From the human T2T-CHM13v2.0 reference genome, Homo sapiens: DNA of 64,000 nt. Numbering within the stretch: position 1 is the first letter of the stretch; every line of letters starts with the position of its first letter. Shown here piece by piece: positions 18,270-37,623 of the stretch. The position numbers and the translations under genes were made by a program. The notes below the pieces were generated by a model that did no database searches, had not been told where the DNA came from, and worked only from the letters and a program-made list of their open reading frames with translations. The stretch lies in the NCBI RefSeq assembly GCF_009914755.1, contig NC_060948.1; one strand, given 5' to 3'.

Positions 18270-20373
18270 AGATCCATACTTTTTAAATAAAAAAAAATTT
18301 CAAAGGTACACTGCTTGGTACAATAATCAAATGTATACACTGAGGAATAAAACATAACCATGAAACCTACTTATAACTGCATATGGAAAATACAGAGGAT
18401 AATTTTTTAAATAACATATTTTGAAAGCCTTAACTAGTAATTTGAAGAGTTGGCATTTGAAAGGCCAGTATGAATATACCTTCAAAGCAGCAACACAGGT
18501 TCCCCATGAGAAAAAGCAAACTCAGGGAAAATAAAAACACAAAGGTTCAATCTCTTCTGACCTTTGAAAGACACAGCACAGACAGTGGTCCTTAGGACGA
18601 AGAGCAGGAGACCCCTAATTCCGTCACCATGGCGATAGGGCATAAACATTGCTGGGTGAGGGCACAATCCACATTGTGAGGTCCAACTGCTGCCAGGAAG
18701 ACAGGAGTGCTTTTACATAGACCGAAAGGTCATTGAAGGCTCAGAGTTTTGTTTCAAGAACTGAATCCCAAGCCCACACGTTATTAGGCTGCGCTTCTTA
18801 AAACAAGTTATGAGATGGGAAAAAGGGCACCCACAAACATACGTATACATTATGTATATAATAATATACAGTGTCATATATATAATATATATAACCTATG
18901 TATAATATTGTTTTACATCCTGCATCTTATGTTATATATATTGTATAAAATATAATTATTGATAATATATAAGTTTTATAATTATACTATATGACATATA
19001 GTATATATTATAATTTATGACATATATAATATATGTTATATATCATATATAGAATATATTATACGGTTAATATACGTATTAAATATAAATTATACATTAT
19101 ATATATTATATATAATATATCTGTTATATATAATACCCATTATGCATAATATATATATTATGTCTATGTTATATATAGTATAAAACAACATATAATAATA
19201 TATAATTGTATATATAAAATGCGACATATAATATATATTATATTTTATAACATATGTAATATATATTATATATTGTATATAATACGTTGTATGTATAATA
19301 CCTATATTAAATATATATTATATGACTATGTTATTAATTACATGTCACATGTGTTATATATTATATATTTTACATAGAATATACCGGTTACATACAATAT
19401 ATACTATGTTACCTATAATGTATAATTTATTACATGTAAAATAAAGAATGCAATATATTATGTAAAATTTATAACATACAATATGTGGAATGTGATATAT
19501 ATAACATATAATATATGATATATGATATACAATATATGATATATAACATACAATATATGATTCCTAATATATATGGTATACAATATATATTTTATGATAT
19601 GAATTCTCTATGTTTTATATTCTGTTATATATAACTCTTTGAAATTATATATAACTGTATAATATTTTATTTAAATATGTAATATAATATATATAACTAT
19701 ATAATATATTATATATAACTATATATTATGTTATATATACTTTTATAACATAATTTACATAAAATATCATAATATAATATATATTATATTATTTCATATT
19801 ACATAATATATATTACATATCACCCAATATAACTAACATACATAATATTATAATATAGATTATATTGTGTTATATTAAATATCATATATATCATGTATCA
19901 TATATTCTATAATATATATTACACATTATATAATATGTATGTTGTCTATTATGTGATATATATAACTATATATATAATTATATTTTTATACATATAACTA
20001 GATAAACATGTAATTCTACATATTTTCATTTATAATATGTAGAATTATATAATCATATATAATTATTTATATTCTATAAAAAATTTTATCATTATATAAA
20101 TTATAATATATAAAAATTATAATATGTACTACAAATATATATATTATATATCATATATGATATAGTACCTTTGTTATATATCATAATACATATAAATGTG
20201 TATTATGTTATCTATAATTATATAATTTCATATATAAGATGTATAATATGTATCATATATTATATATGTTATGTAATATATATAGTATATATAAGATGAC
20301 ACAGGATAAATATTATATACTATGACATATAAATATATGAGGTTATATGTTACATATAAGGCATAGCACATAA

Positions 20374-20688
<315 letters not shown>

Positions 20689-22815
20689 AGATCCATACTT
20701 TTTAAATGAAAAAAAATTTCAAAGGTACTCTGCTTGGTACAATAATCAAATGTATACACTGAGGAATAAAACATAACCATGAAACCTACTTATAACTGCA
20801 TATGGAAAATACAGAGGATAATTTTTTAAATAACATATTTTGAAAGCCTTAACTAGTAATTTGAAGAGTTGGCATTTGAAAGGCCAGTATGAATATACCT
20901 TCAAAGCAGCAACACAGGTTCCCCATGAGAAAAAGCAAACACAGGGAAAATAAAAACACAAAGGTTCAATCTCTTCTGACCTTTGAAAGACACAGCACAG
21001 ACAGTGGTCCTTAGGACGAAGAGCAGGAGACCCCTAATTCCGTCACCATGGCGATAGGGCATAAACATTGCTGGGTGAGGGCACAATCCACATTGTGAGG
21101 TCCAACTGCTGCCAGGAAGACAGGAGTGCTTTTACATAGACCGAAAGGTCATTGAAGGCTCAGAGTTTTGTTTCAAGAACTGAATCCCAAGCCCACACGT
21201 TATTAGGCTGCGCTTCTTAAAACAAGTTATGAGATGGGAAAAAGGGCACCCACAAACATACGTATACATTATGTATATAATAATATACAGTGTCATATAT
21301 ATAATATATATAACCTATGTATAATATTGTTTTACATCCTGCATCTTATGTTATATATATTGTATAAAATATAATTATTGATAATATATAAGTTTTATAA
21401 TTATGCTACATGACATATAGTATATATTATAATTTATGACATATATAATATATGTTATATATCATATATAGAATATATTATACGGTTAATATACATATTA
21501 AATATAAATTATACATTATATATATTATATATAATATATCTGTTATATATAATACCCATTATGCATAATATATATATTATGTCTATGTTATATATAGTAT
21601 AAAACAACATATAATAATATATAATTGTATATATAAAATGCGACATATAATATATATTATATTTTATAACATATGTAATATATATTATATATTATATATA
21701 ATACGTTGTATGTATAATACCTATATTAAATATATATTATATGACTATGTTATTAATTACATGTCACATGTGTTATATATTATATATTTTACATAGAATA
21801 TACCGGTTACATACAATATATACTATGTTACCTATAATGTATAATTTATTACATGTAAAATAAAGAATGCAATATATTATGTAAAATTTATAACATACAA
21901 TATGTGGAATGTGATATATATAACATATAATATATGATATATGATATACAGTATATGATATATAACATACAATATATGATTCCTAATATATATGGTATAC
22001 AATATATATTTTATGATATGTATTCTATATGTTTTATATTCTGTTATATATAACTATTTGAAATTATATATAACTGTATAATATTTTATTTAAATATGTA
22101 ATATAATATATATAACTATATAATATATTATATATAACTATATATTATGTTATATATACTTTTATAACATAATTTACATAAAATATCATAATATAATATA
22201 TATTATATTATTTCATATTACATAATATATATTACATATCACCCAATATAACTAACATACATAATATTATAATATAGATTATATTGTGTAATATTAAATA
22301 TCATATATATCATGTATCATATATTCTATAATATATATTACACATTATATAATATGTATGTTGTCTATTATGTGATATATATAACTATATATATAATTAT
22401 ATTTTTTACATATAACTAGATAAACATGTAATTCTACATATTTTCATTTGTAATATGTAGAATTATATAATCATATATAATTATTTATATTGTATAAAAA
22501 ATTTTATCATTATATAAATTATAATATATAAAAATTATAATATGTACTACAAATATATATATTATATATCATATATGATATAGTACCTTTGTTATATATC
22601 ATAATACATATAAATGTGTATTATGTTATCTATAATTATATAATTTCATATATAAGATGTATAATATGTATCATATATTATATATGTTATGTAATATATA
22701 TAGTATATATAAGATGACACAGGATAAATATTATATACTATGACATATAAAATATATGAGGTTCTATGTTACATATAAGGCATAGCACATATCATGTAAT
22801 ATATATCATATATAA

Positions 22816-23107
22816 TTTTTTTTTAGACAGAATCTTGTCCTGTTGCACAGGGTGGGGTACAATGGCGCCATCTTTGCTCACTGCAACTTCTGCCTCACGG
22901 GTCCAAGCGATTGTCCTCCCTCAGCCTCCCAGGTAGCTGGGACTACACCACACTGGGACTACACCAGCTGCCACCATGCCTAGCTAATTTTTTGGATTTT
23001 TAGTAGTGACAGCGTTTCACTGTATTGGCCAGGATGGTCTTGATCTCTTCACCTTGTGATCCCCTTGCCTTGGCCTCCAAATTTGCTGGGATTACAGGCC
23101 TGAGCCA
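22816..23107 (-). mobile_element. Alu copy 10
   Basis: Near-identical to copy 1. Confidence 0.93.
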
Positions 23108-25236
23108 AGATCCATATTTTTTAAATGAAAAAAATTTCAAAGGTACTCTGCTTGGTACAATAATCAAATGTATAAACTGAGGAATAAAACATAACCATGA
23201 AACCTACTTATAACTGCATATGGAAAATACAGAGGATAATTTTTTAAATAACATATTTTGAAAGCCTTAACTAGTAATTTGAAGAGTTGGCATTTGAAAG
23301 GCCAGTATGAATATACCTTCAAAGCAGCAACACAGGTTCCCCATGAGAAAAAGCAAACACAGGGAAAATAAAAACACAAAGGTTCAATCTCTTCTGACCT
23401 TTGAAAGACACAGCACAGACAGTGGTCCTTAGGACGAAGAGCAGGAGACCCCTAATTCCGTCACCATGGCGATAGGGCATAAACATTGCTGGGTGAGGGC
23501 ACAATCCACATTGTGAGGTCCAACTGCTGCCAGGAAGACAGGAGTGCTTTTACATAGACCGAAAGGTCATTGAAGGCTCAGAGTTTTGTTTCAAGAACTG
23601 AATCCCAAGCCCACACGTTATTAGGCTGCGCTTCTTAAAACAAGTTATGAGATGGGAAAAAGGGCACCCACAAACATACGTATACATTATGTATATAATA
23701 ATATACAGTATCATATATATAATATATATAACCTATGTATAATATTGTTTTACATCCTGCATCTTCTGTTATATATATTGTATAAAATATAATAATTGAT
23801 AATATATAAGTTTTATAATTATACAATATGACATATACTATATATTATAATTTATGACATATATAATATATGTTATATATCATATATAGAATATATTAAA
23901 CGGTTAATATACGTATTAAATATAAATTATACATTATATATATTATATATAATATATCTGTTATACATAATACCCATTATGCATAATATATATATTATGT
24001 CTATGTTATATATAGTATAAAACAACATATAATAATATATAATTGTATATATAAAATGCGACATATAATATATATTATATTTTATAATATATGTAATATA
24101 TATTATATATTATATATAATACGTTGTATGTATAATACCTATATTAAATATATATTATATGACTATGTTATTAATTACATGTCACATGTGATATATATTA
24201 TATATTTTACATAGAATATACCGGTTACATACAATATATACTATGTTACCTATAATGTATAATTTATTACATGTAAAATAAAGAATGCAATATATTATGT
24301 AAAATTTATAACATACAATATGTGGAATGTGATATATATAACATATAATATATGATATATGATATACAGTATATGATATATAACATACAATATATGATTC
24401 CTATTATATATGGTATGCAATATATATTTTATGATATGTATTCTATATGTTTTATATTCTGTTATATATAACTATTTGAAATTATATATAACTGTATAAT
24501 ATTTTATGTAAATATGTAATATAATATATATAACTATATAATATATTATATATAACTATATATTATGTTATATATACTTTTATAACATAATTTACATAAA
24601 ATATCATAATATAATATATATTATATTATTTCATATTACATAATCTATATTACATATCACCCAATATAACTAACATACATAATATTATAATATAGATTAT
24701 ATTGTGTTATATTAAATATCATATATATCATGTATCATATATTCTATAATATATATTACACATTATATAATATGTATGTTGTCTATTATGTGATATATAT
24801 AACTATATATATAATTATATTTTTATACATATAACTAGATAAACATGTAATTCTACATATTTTCATTTATAATATGTAGAATTATATAATCATATATAAT
24901 TATTTATATTCTATAAAAAATTTTATCATTATATAAATTATAATATATAAAAATTATAATATGTACTACAAATATATATATATTATATATCATATATGAT
25001 ATAGTACCTTTGTTATATATCATAATACATATAAATGTGTATTATGTTATCTATAATTATATAATTTCATATATAAGATGTATAATATGTATCATATATT
25101 ATATATGTTATGTAATATATATAGTATATATAAGATGACACAGGATAAATATTATATACTATGACATATAAAATATATGAGGTTATATGTTACATATAAG
25201 GCATAGCACATAACATGTAATATATATCATATATAA

Positions 25237-25528
25237 TTTTTTTTTAGGCAGAATCTTGTCCTGTTGCACAGGGTGGGGTACAATGGCGCCATCTTTGCTC
25301 ACTGCAACTTCTGCCTCACGGGTCCAAGCGATTGTCTTCCCTCAGCCTCCCAGGTAGCTGGGACTACACCACACTGGGACTACACCAGCTGCCACCATGC
25401 CTAGCTAATTTTTTGGATTTTTGGTAGTGACAGCGTTTCACTGTATTGGCCAGGATGGTCTTGATCTCTTCACCTTGTGATCCCCTTGCCTTGGCCTCCA
25501 AATTTGCTGGGATTACAGGCCTGAGCCA
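25237..25528 (-). mobile_element. Alu copy 11
   Basis: Near-identical to copy 1. Confidence 0.93.
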
Positions 25529-27656
25529 AGATCCATACTTTTTAAATGAAAAAAAATTTCAAAGGTACTCTGCTTGGTACAATAATCAAATGTATAAACT
25601 GAGGAATAAAACATAACCATGAAACCTACTTATAACTGCATATGGAAAATACAGAGGATAATTTTTTAAATAACATATTTTGAAAGCCTTAACTAGTAAT
25701 TTGAAGAGTTGGCATTTGAAAGGCCAGTATGAATATACCTTCAAAGCAGCAACACAGGTTCCCCATGAGAAAAAGCAAACTCAGGGAAAATAAAAACACA
25801 AAGGTTCAATCTCTTCTGACCTTTGAAAGACACAGCACAGACAGTGGTCCTTAGGACGAAGAGCAGGAGACCCCTAATTCCGTCACCATGGCGATAGGGC
25901 ATAAACATTGCTGGGTGAGGGCACAATCCACATTGTGAGGTCCAACTGCTGCCAGGAAGACAGGCGTGCTTTTACATAGACCGAAAGGTCATTGAAGGCT
26001 CAGAGTTTTGTTTCAAGAACTGAATCCCAAGCCCACACGTTATTAGGCTGCGCTTCTTAAAACAAGTTATGAGATGGGAAAAAGGGCACCCACAAACATA
26101 CGTATACATTATGTATATAATAATATACAGTGTCATATATATAATATATATAACCTATGTATAATATTGTTTTACATCCTGCATCTTATGTTATATATAT
26201 TGTATAAAATATAATTATTGATAATATATAAGTTTTATAATTATGCTACATGACATATAGTATATATTATAATTTATGACATATATAATATATGTTATAT
26301 ATCATATAGAGAATATATTATACGGTTAATATACGTATTAAATATAAATTATACATTATATATATTATATATAATATATCTGTTATATATAATACCCATT
26401 ATGCATAATATATATATTATGTCTATGTTATATATAGTATAAAACAACATATAATAATATATAATTGTATATATAAAATGTGACATATAATATATATTAT
26501 ATTTTATAACATATGTAATATATATTATATATTATATATAATACGTTGTATGTATAATACCTATATTAAATATATATTATATGACTATGTTATTAATTAC
26601 ATGTCACATGTGTTATATATTATATATTTTACATAGAATATACCGGTTACATACAATATATACTATGTTACCTATAATGTATAATTTATTACATGTAAAA
26701 TAAAGAATGCAATATATTATGTATAATTTATAATATACAATATGTGGAATGTGATATATATAACATATAATATATGATATATGATATACAGTATATGATA
26801 TATAACATACAATATATGATTCCTAATATATATGGTATACAATATATATTTTATGATATGTATTCTATATGTTTTATATTCTGTTATATATAACTATTTG
26901 AAATTATATATAACTGTATAATATTTTATGTAAATATGTAATGTAATATATATAACTATATAATATATTATATATAACTATATATTATGTTATATATACT
27001 TTTATAACATAATTTACATAAAATATCATAATATAATATATATTATATTATTTCATATTACATAATATATATTTCATATCACCCAATATAACTAACATAC
27101 ATAATATTATAATATAGATTATATTATGTTATATTAAATATCATATATATCATGTATCATATATTCTATAATATATATTACACATTATATAATATGTATG
27201 TTGTCTATTATGTGATATATATAACTATATATATAATTATATTTTTATACATATAACTAGATAAACATGTAATTCTACATATTTTCATTTATAATATGTA
27301 GAATTATATAATCATATATAATTATTTATATTCTATAAAAAATTTTATCATTATATAAATTATAATATATAAAAATTATAATATGTACTACAAATATATA
27401 TATAATATATCATATATGATATAGTACCTTTGTTATATATCATAATACATATAAATGTGTATTATGTTATCTATAATTATATAATTTCATATATAAGATG
27501 TATAATATGTATCATATATTATATATGTTATGTAATATATATAGTATATATAAGATGACACAGGATAAATATTATATACTATGACATATAAAATATATGA
27601 GGTTATATGTTACATATAAGGCATAGCACATAACATGTAATATATACCATATATAA

Positions 27657-27948
27657 TTTTTTTTTAGACAGAATCTTGTCCTGTTGCACAGGGTGGGGTA
27701 CAATGGCGCCATCTTTGCTCACTGCAACTTCTGCCTCACGGGTCCAAGCGATTGTCCTCCCTCAGCCTCCCAGGTAGCTGGGACTACACCACACTGGGAC
27801 TACACCAGCTGCCACCATGCCTAGCTAATTTTTTGGATTTTTAGTAGTGACAGCGTTTCACTGTATTGGCCAGGATGGTCTTGATCTCTTCACCTTGTGA
27901 TCCCCTTGCCTTGGCCTCCAAATTTGCTGGGATTACAGGCCTGAGCCA
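27657..27948 (-). mobile_element. Alu copy 12
   Basis: Near-identical to copy 1. Confidence 0.93.
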
Positions 27949-30055
27949 AGATCCATACTTTTTAAATGAAAAAATATTTCAAAGGTACTCTGCTTGGTAC
28001 AATAATCAAATGTATAAACTGAGGAATAAAACATAACCATGAAACCTACTTATAACTGCATATGGAAAATACAGAGGATAATTTTTTAAATAACATATTT
28101 TGAAAGCCTTAACTAGTAATTTGAAGAGTTGGCATTTGAAAGGCCAGTATGAATATACCTTCAAAGCAGCAACACAGGTTCCCCATGAGAAAAAGCAAAC
28201 TCAGGGAAAATAAAAACACAAAGGTTCAAACTCTTCTGACCTTTGAAAGACACAGCACAGACAGTGGTCCTTAGGACGAAGAGCAGGAGACCCCTAATTC
28301 CGTCACCATGGCGATAGGACATAAACATTGCTGGGTGAGGGCACAATCCACATTGTGAGGTCCAACTGCTGCCAGGAAGACAGGCGTGCTTTTACATAGA
28401 CCGAAAGGTCATTGAAGGCTCAGAGTTTTGTTTCAAGAACTGAATCCCAAGCCCACACGTTATTAGGCTGCGCTTCTTAAAACAAGTTATGAGATGGGAA
28501 AAAGGGCACCCACAAACATACGTATACATTAGGTATATAATAATATACAGTGTCATATATATAATATATATAACCTATGTATAATATTGTTTTACATCCT
28601 GCATCTTATGTTATATATATTGTATAAAATATAATTATTGATAATATATAAGTTTTATAATTATACTACATGACGTATAGTATATATTATAATTTATGAC
28701 ATATATAATATATGTTATATATCATATATAGAATATATTATACGGTTAATATACGTATTAAATATAAATTATACATTATATATATTATATATAATATATC
28801 TGTTATATATAATACCCATTATGCATAATATATATATTATGTCTATGTTATATATAGTATAAAACAACATATAATAATATATAATTGTATATATAAAATG
28901 CGACATATAATATATATTATATTTTATAACATATGTAATATATATTATATATTATATATAATACGTTGTATGTATAATACCTATATTAAATATATATTAT
29001 ATGACTATGTTATTAATTACATGTCACATGTGTTATATATTATATATTTTACATAGAATATACCGGTTACATACAATATATACTATGTTACCTATAATGT
29101 ATAATTTATTACATGTAAAATAAAGAATGCAATATATTATGTATAATTTATAATATACAATATGTGGAATGTGATATATATAACATATAATATATGATAT
29201 ATGATATACAGTATATGATATATAACATACAATATATGATTCCTAATATATATGGTATACAATATATATTTTATGATATGTATTCTATATGTTTTATATT
29301 CTGTTATATATAACTATTTGAAATTATATATAACTGTATAATATTTTATGTAAATATGTAATGTAATATATATAACTATATAATATATTATATATAACTA
29401 TATATTATGTTATATATACTTTTATAACATAATTTACATAAAATATCATAATATAATATATATTATATTATTTCATATTACATAATATATATTTCATATC
29501 ACCCAATATAACTAACATACATAATATTATAATATAGATTATATTATGTTATATTAAATATCATATATATCATGTATCATATATTCTATAATATATATTA
29601 CACATTATATAATATGTATGTTGTCTATTATGTGATATATATAACTCTATATATAATTATATTTTTATACATATAACTAGATAAACATGTAATTCTACAT
29701 ATTTTCATTTATAATATGTAGAATTATATAATCATATATAATTATTTATATTCTATAAAAAATTTTATCATTATATAAATTATAATATATAAAAATTATA
29801 ATATGTACTACAAATATATATATATTATATATCATATATGATATAGTACCTTTGTTATATATCATAATACATATAAATGTGTATTATGTTATCTATAATT
29901 ATATAATTTCATATATAAGATGTATAATATGTATCATATATTATATATGTTATGTAATATATATAGTATATATAAGATGACACAGGATAAATATTATATA
30001 CTATGACATATAAAATATATGAGGTTATATGTTACATATAAGGCATAGCACATAA

Positions 30056-30370
<315 letters not shown>

Positions 30371-32475
30371 AGATCCATACTTTTTAAATGAAAAAATATT
30401 TCAAAGGTACTCTGCTTGGTACAATAATCAAATGTATAAACTGAGGAATAAAACATAACCATGAAACCTACTTATAACTGCATATGGAAAATACAGAGGA
30501 TAATTTTTTAAATAACATATTTTGAAAGCCTTAACTAGTAATTTGAAGAGTTGGCATTTGAAAGGCCAGTATGAATATACCTTCAAAGCAGCAACACAGG
30601 TTCCCCATGAGAAAAAGCAAACTCAGGGAAAATAAAAACACAAAGGTTCAATCTCTTCTGACCTTTGAAAGACACAGCACAGACAGTGGTCCTTAGGACG
30701 AAGAGCAGGAGACCCCTAATTCCGTCACCATGGCGATAGGGCATAAACATTGCTGGGTGAGGGCACAATCCACATTGTGAGGTCCAACTGCTGCCAGGAA
30801 GACAGGAGTGCTTTTACATAGACCGAAAGGTCATTGAAGGCTCAGAGTTTTGTTTCAAGAACTGAATCCCAAGCCCACACGTTATTAGGCTGCGCTTCTT
30901 AAAACAAGTTATGAGATGGGAAAAAGGGCACCCACAAACATACGTATACATTAGGTATATAATAATATACAGTGTCATATATATAATATATATAACCTAT
31001 GTATAATATTGTTTTACATCCTGCATCTTATGTTATATATATTGTATAAAATATAATTATTGATAATATATAAGTTTTATAATTATACTATATGACATAT
31101 AGTATATATTATAATTTATGACATATATAATATATGTTATATATCATATATAGAATATATTATACGGTTAATATACGTATTAAATATAAATTATACATTA
31201 TATATATTATATATAATATATCTGTTATATATAATACCCATTATGCATAATATATATATTATGTCTATGTTATATATAGTATAAAACAACATATAATAAT
31301 ATATAATTGTATATATAAAATGCGACATATAATATATATTATATTTTATAACATATGTAATATATATTATATATTATATATAATACGTTGTATGTATAAT
31401 ACCTATATTAAATATATATTATATGACTATGTTATTAATTACATGTCACATGTGTTATATATTATATATTTTACATAGAATATACCGGTTACATACAATA
31501 TATACTATGTTACCTATAATGTATAATTTATTACATGTAAAATAATGAATGCAATATATTATGTAAAATTTATAACATACAATATGTGGAATGTGATATA
31601 TATAACATATAATATATGATATATGATATACAATATATGATATATAACATACAATATATGATTCCTAATACATATGGTATACAATATATGTTTTATGATA
31701 TGTATTCTCTATGTTTTATATTCTGTTATATATAACTATTTGAAATTATATATAACTGTATAATATTTTATGTAAATATGTAATATAATATATATAACTA
31801 TATAATATATTATATATAACTATATATTATGTTATATATACTTTTATAACATAATTTACATAAAATATCATAATATAATATATATTATATTATTTCATAT
31901 TACATAATATATATTACATATCACCCAATATAACTAACATACATAATATTATAATATAGATTATATTGTGTTATATTAAATATCATATATATCATGTATC
32001 ATATATTCTATAATATATATTACACATTATATAATATGTATGTTGTCTATTATGTGATATATATAACTATATATATAATTATATTTTTATACATATAACT
32101 AGATAAACATGTAATTCTACATATTTTCATTTATAATATGTACAATTATATAATCATATATAATTATTTATATTCTATAAAAAATTTTATCATTATATAA
32201 ATTATAATATATAAAAATTATAATATGTACTACAAATATATATATTATATATCATATATGATATAGTACCTTTGTTATATATCATAATACATATAAATGT
32301 GTATTATGTTATCTATAATTATATAATTTCATATATAAGATGTATAATATGTATCATATATTATATATGTTATGTAATATATATAGTATATATAAGATGA
32401 CACAGGATAAATATTATATACTATGACATATAAAATATATGAGGTTATATGTTACATATAAGGCATAGCACATAA

Positions 32476-32790
<315 letters not shown>

Positions 32791-34886
32791 AGATCCATAT
32801 TTTTTAAATGAAAAAAAATTTCAAAGGTACTCTGCTTGGTACAATAATCAAATGTATAAACTGAGGAATAAAACATAACCATGAAACCTACTTATAACTG
32901 CATATGGAAAATACAGAGGATAATTTTTTAAATAACATATTTTGAAAGCCTTAACTAGTAATTTGAAGAGTTGGCATTTGAAAGGCCAGTATGAATATAC
33001 CTTCAAAGCAGCATCACAGGTTCCCCATGAGAAACAGCAAACTCAGGGAAAATAAAACCACAAAGGTTCAATCTCTTCTGACCTTTGAAAGACACAGCAC
33101 AGACAGTGGTCCTTAGGACGAAGAGCAGGAGACCCCTAATTCCGTCACCATGGCGATAGGGCATAAACATTGCTGGGTGAGGGCACAATCCACATTGTGA
33201 GGTCCAACTGCTGCCAGGAAGACAGGAGTGCTTTTACATAGACCGAAAGGTCATTGAAGGCTCAGAGTTTTGTTTCAAGAACTGAATCCCAAGCCCACAC
33301 GTTATTAGGCTGCGCTTCTTAAAACAAGTTATGAGATGGGAAAAAGGGCACCCACAAATATACGTATACATTATGTATATAATAATATACAGTATCATAT
33401 ATATAATATATATAACCTATGTATAATATTGTTTTACATCCTGCATCTTATATTATATGTATTGTCTAAAATATAATAATTGATAATATATAAGTTTTAT
33501 ATTTATACAATATGACATATAGTATATATTATAATTTATGACATATATAATATATGTTATATATCATATGTAGAATATATTATACGGTTAATATACGTAT
33601 TAAATATAAATTATACATTATATATATTATATATAATATATCTGTTATATATAATACCCATTATGCATAATATGTATATTATGTCTGTTATATATAGTAT
33701 AAAACAACATATAATAATACATAATTGTATATATAAAATGCGACATATAATACATATTTTATATTATGACATATGTAATATATATTATATATTATATATA
33801 ATACGTTGTATGTATAATACCTATATTAAATATATATTATATGACTATGTTATTAATTACATGTCACATATGTTATATATTATATATTTTACATAGAATA
33901 TACCGGTTACATACAATATATACTATGTTACCTATAATGTATAATTGATTACATGTAAAATAAAGAATGCAATATATTATGTATAATTTATAGTATACAA
34001 TATGTGGAATGTGATATATATAACATATAATATATGATATATGATATACAGTATATGATATATAACATACAATATATGATACCTAGTATATATGGTATAC
34101 AATATATATTTTATGATATGTATTCTATATGTTTTATATTCTGTTATATATAACTATTTGAAATTATATATAACTGTATAATATTTTATGTAAATATGTA
34201 ATATAATATATATAACTATATAATATATTATATATAACTATATATTATGTTATATATACTTTTATAACATAATTTACATAAAATGTCATAATATAATATA
34301 TATTATATTATTCCACATTACATAATATATATTACATATCACCCAATATAAGTAACATAGATAATATTATAATATAGATTATATTATGTTATATTAAATA
34401 TCATATATATCATGTATCATATATTCTATAATATATATTACACATTATATAATATGTATGTTGTCTATTATGTGATATATATAACTATATATATAATTAT
34501 ATTATTATACATATAACTAGATAAACATGTAATTCTACATATTTTCATTTATAATATATAGAATTATATAATCATATATAATTATTTATATTCTATAAAA
34601 AATTATATCATTATATAAATTATAATATAAAAAAATTATAATATGTACTACAAATATATATATTATATATCATATATGATATAGTACCTTTGTTATATAT
34701 CATAATACATATAAATGTGTATTATGTTATCTATAATTATATAATTTCATATATAAGATGTATAATATGTATTATATATTGTATATGTTATGTAATGTAT
34801 ATAGTATATATAAGCTGACACAGGATAAATATTATATACTATGACATATACAATATATGAGGTTATATGTTACATATAAGGCATAG

Positions 34887-35207
<321 letters not shown>

Positions 35208-37331
35208 AGATCCATATTTTTTAAATGAAAAAAAATTTCAAAGGTACTCTGCTTGGTACAATAATCAAATGTATAAACTGAGGAATAAAACATAACCATG
35301 AAACCTACTTATAACTGCATATGGAAAATACAGAGGATAATTTTTTAAATAACATATTTTGAAAGCCTTAACTAGTAATTTGAAGAGTTGGCATTTGAAA
35401 GGCCAGTATGAATATACCTTCAAAGCAGCAACACAGGTTCCCCATGAGAAACAGCAAACTCAGGGAAAATAAAACCACAAAGGTTCAATCTCTTCTGACC
35501 TTTGAAAGACACAGCACAGACAGTGGTCCTTAGGACGAAGAGCAGGAGACCCCTAATTCCGTCACCATGGCGATAGGGCATAAACATTGCTGGGTGAGGG
35601 CACAATCCACATTGTGAGGTCCAACTGCTGCCAGGAAGACAGGAGTGCTTTTACATAGACCGAAAGGTCATTGAAGGCTCAGAGTTTTGTTTCAAGAACT
35701 GAATCCCAAGACCACACGTTATTAGGCTGCGCTTCTTAAAACAAGTTATGAGATGGGAAAAAGGGCACCCACAAACATACTTATACATTATGTATATAAT
35801 AATATACAGTATCATATATATAATATATATAACCTATGTATAATATTGTTTTACATCCTGCATCTTATATTATATGTATTGTCTAAAATATAATAATTGA
35901 TAATATATAAGTTTTATATTTATACAATATGACATATAGTATATATTATAATTTATGACATATATAATATATGTTATATATCATATATAGAATATATTAT
36001 ACGGTTAATATACGTATTAAATATAAATTATACATTATATATATTATATATAATATATCTGTTATATATAATACCCATTATGCATAATATGTATATTATG
36101 TCTATGTTATATATAGTATAAAACAACATATAATAATACATAATTGTATATATAAAATGCGACATATAATACATATTTTATTTTATGACATATGTAAGAT
36201 ATATTATATATTATATATAATACGTTGTATGTATAATACCTATATTAAATATATATTATATGACTATGTTATTAATTACATGTCACATATGTTATATATT
36301 ATATATTTTACATAGAATATACCGGTTACATACAATATATACTATGTTACCTATAATGTATAATTGATTACATGTAAAATAAGGAATGCAACATATTATG
36401 TATAATTTATAATATACAATATGTGGAATGTGATATATATAACATATAATATATGATATATGATATACAGTATATGATATATAACATACAATATATGATA
36501 CCTAGTATATATGGTATACAATATATATTTTATGATATGTATTCTATATGTTTTATATTCTGTTATATATAACTATTTGAAATTACATATAACTGTATAA
36601 TATTTTATGTAAATATGTAATATAATATATATAACTATATAATATATTATATATAACTATATATTATGTTATATATACTTTTATAACATAATTTACATAA
36701 AATGTCATAATATAATATATATTATATTATTCCACATTACATAATATATATTACATATCACCCAATATAAGTAACATAGATAATATTATAATATAGATTA
36801 TATTATGTTATATTAAATATCATATATATCATGTATCATATATTCTATAATATATATTACACATTATATAATATGTATGTTGTCTATTATGTGATATATA
36901 TAACTATATATAATTATATTATTATACATATAACTAGATAAACATGTAATTCTACATATTTTCATTTATAATATATAGAATTATATAATCATATATAATT
37001 ATTTATATTCTATAAAAAATTATATCATTATATAAATTATAATATATAAAAATTATAATATGTACTACATATATATATTATATATCATATATGATATAGT
37101 ACCTTTGTTATATATCATAATACATATAAATGTGTATTATGTTATCTATAATTATATAATTTCATATATAAGATGTATAATATGTATTATATATTGTATA
37201 TATTATGTAATATATATAGTATATATAAGCTGACACAGGATAAGTATTATATACTATGACATATAAAATATATGAGGTTATATGTTACATATAAGGCATA
37301 GCACATAACATGTAATATATATCATATATAA

Positions 37332-37623
37332 TTTTTTTTTAGACAGAGTCTTGTCCTGTTGCACAGGGTGGGGTACAATGGCGCCATCTTTGCTCACTGC
37401 AACATCTGCCTCAAGGGTCCAAGCGATTGGCCTCCCTCAGCCTCCCAGGTAGCTGGGACTACACCACACTGGGACTACAGCAGCTGCCACCATGCCTAGC
37501 TAATTTTTTGGATTTTTAGTAGTGACAGCGTTTCACTGTATTGGCCAGGATGGTCTTGATCTCTTCACCTTGTGATCCCCTTGCCTTGGCCTCCAAATTT
37601 GCTGGGATTACAGGCCTGAGCCA
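37332..37623 (-). mobile_element. Alu copy 16 (A/B mosaic)
   Basis: gagtc and caacatc (B) together with ggtgggg (A). Confidence 0.93.

Noticed and set aside
33663-33896. Ile/Tyr-rich ORFs in or running into AT blocks (also 23635, 38600, 41127, 47740, 62489 and others)
   Set aside because: These are translations of (AT)n-like sequence that appear sporadically when a stop codon mutates.
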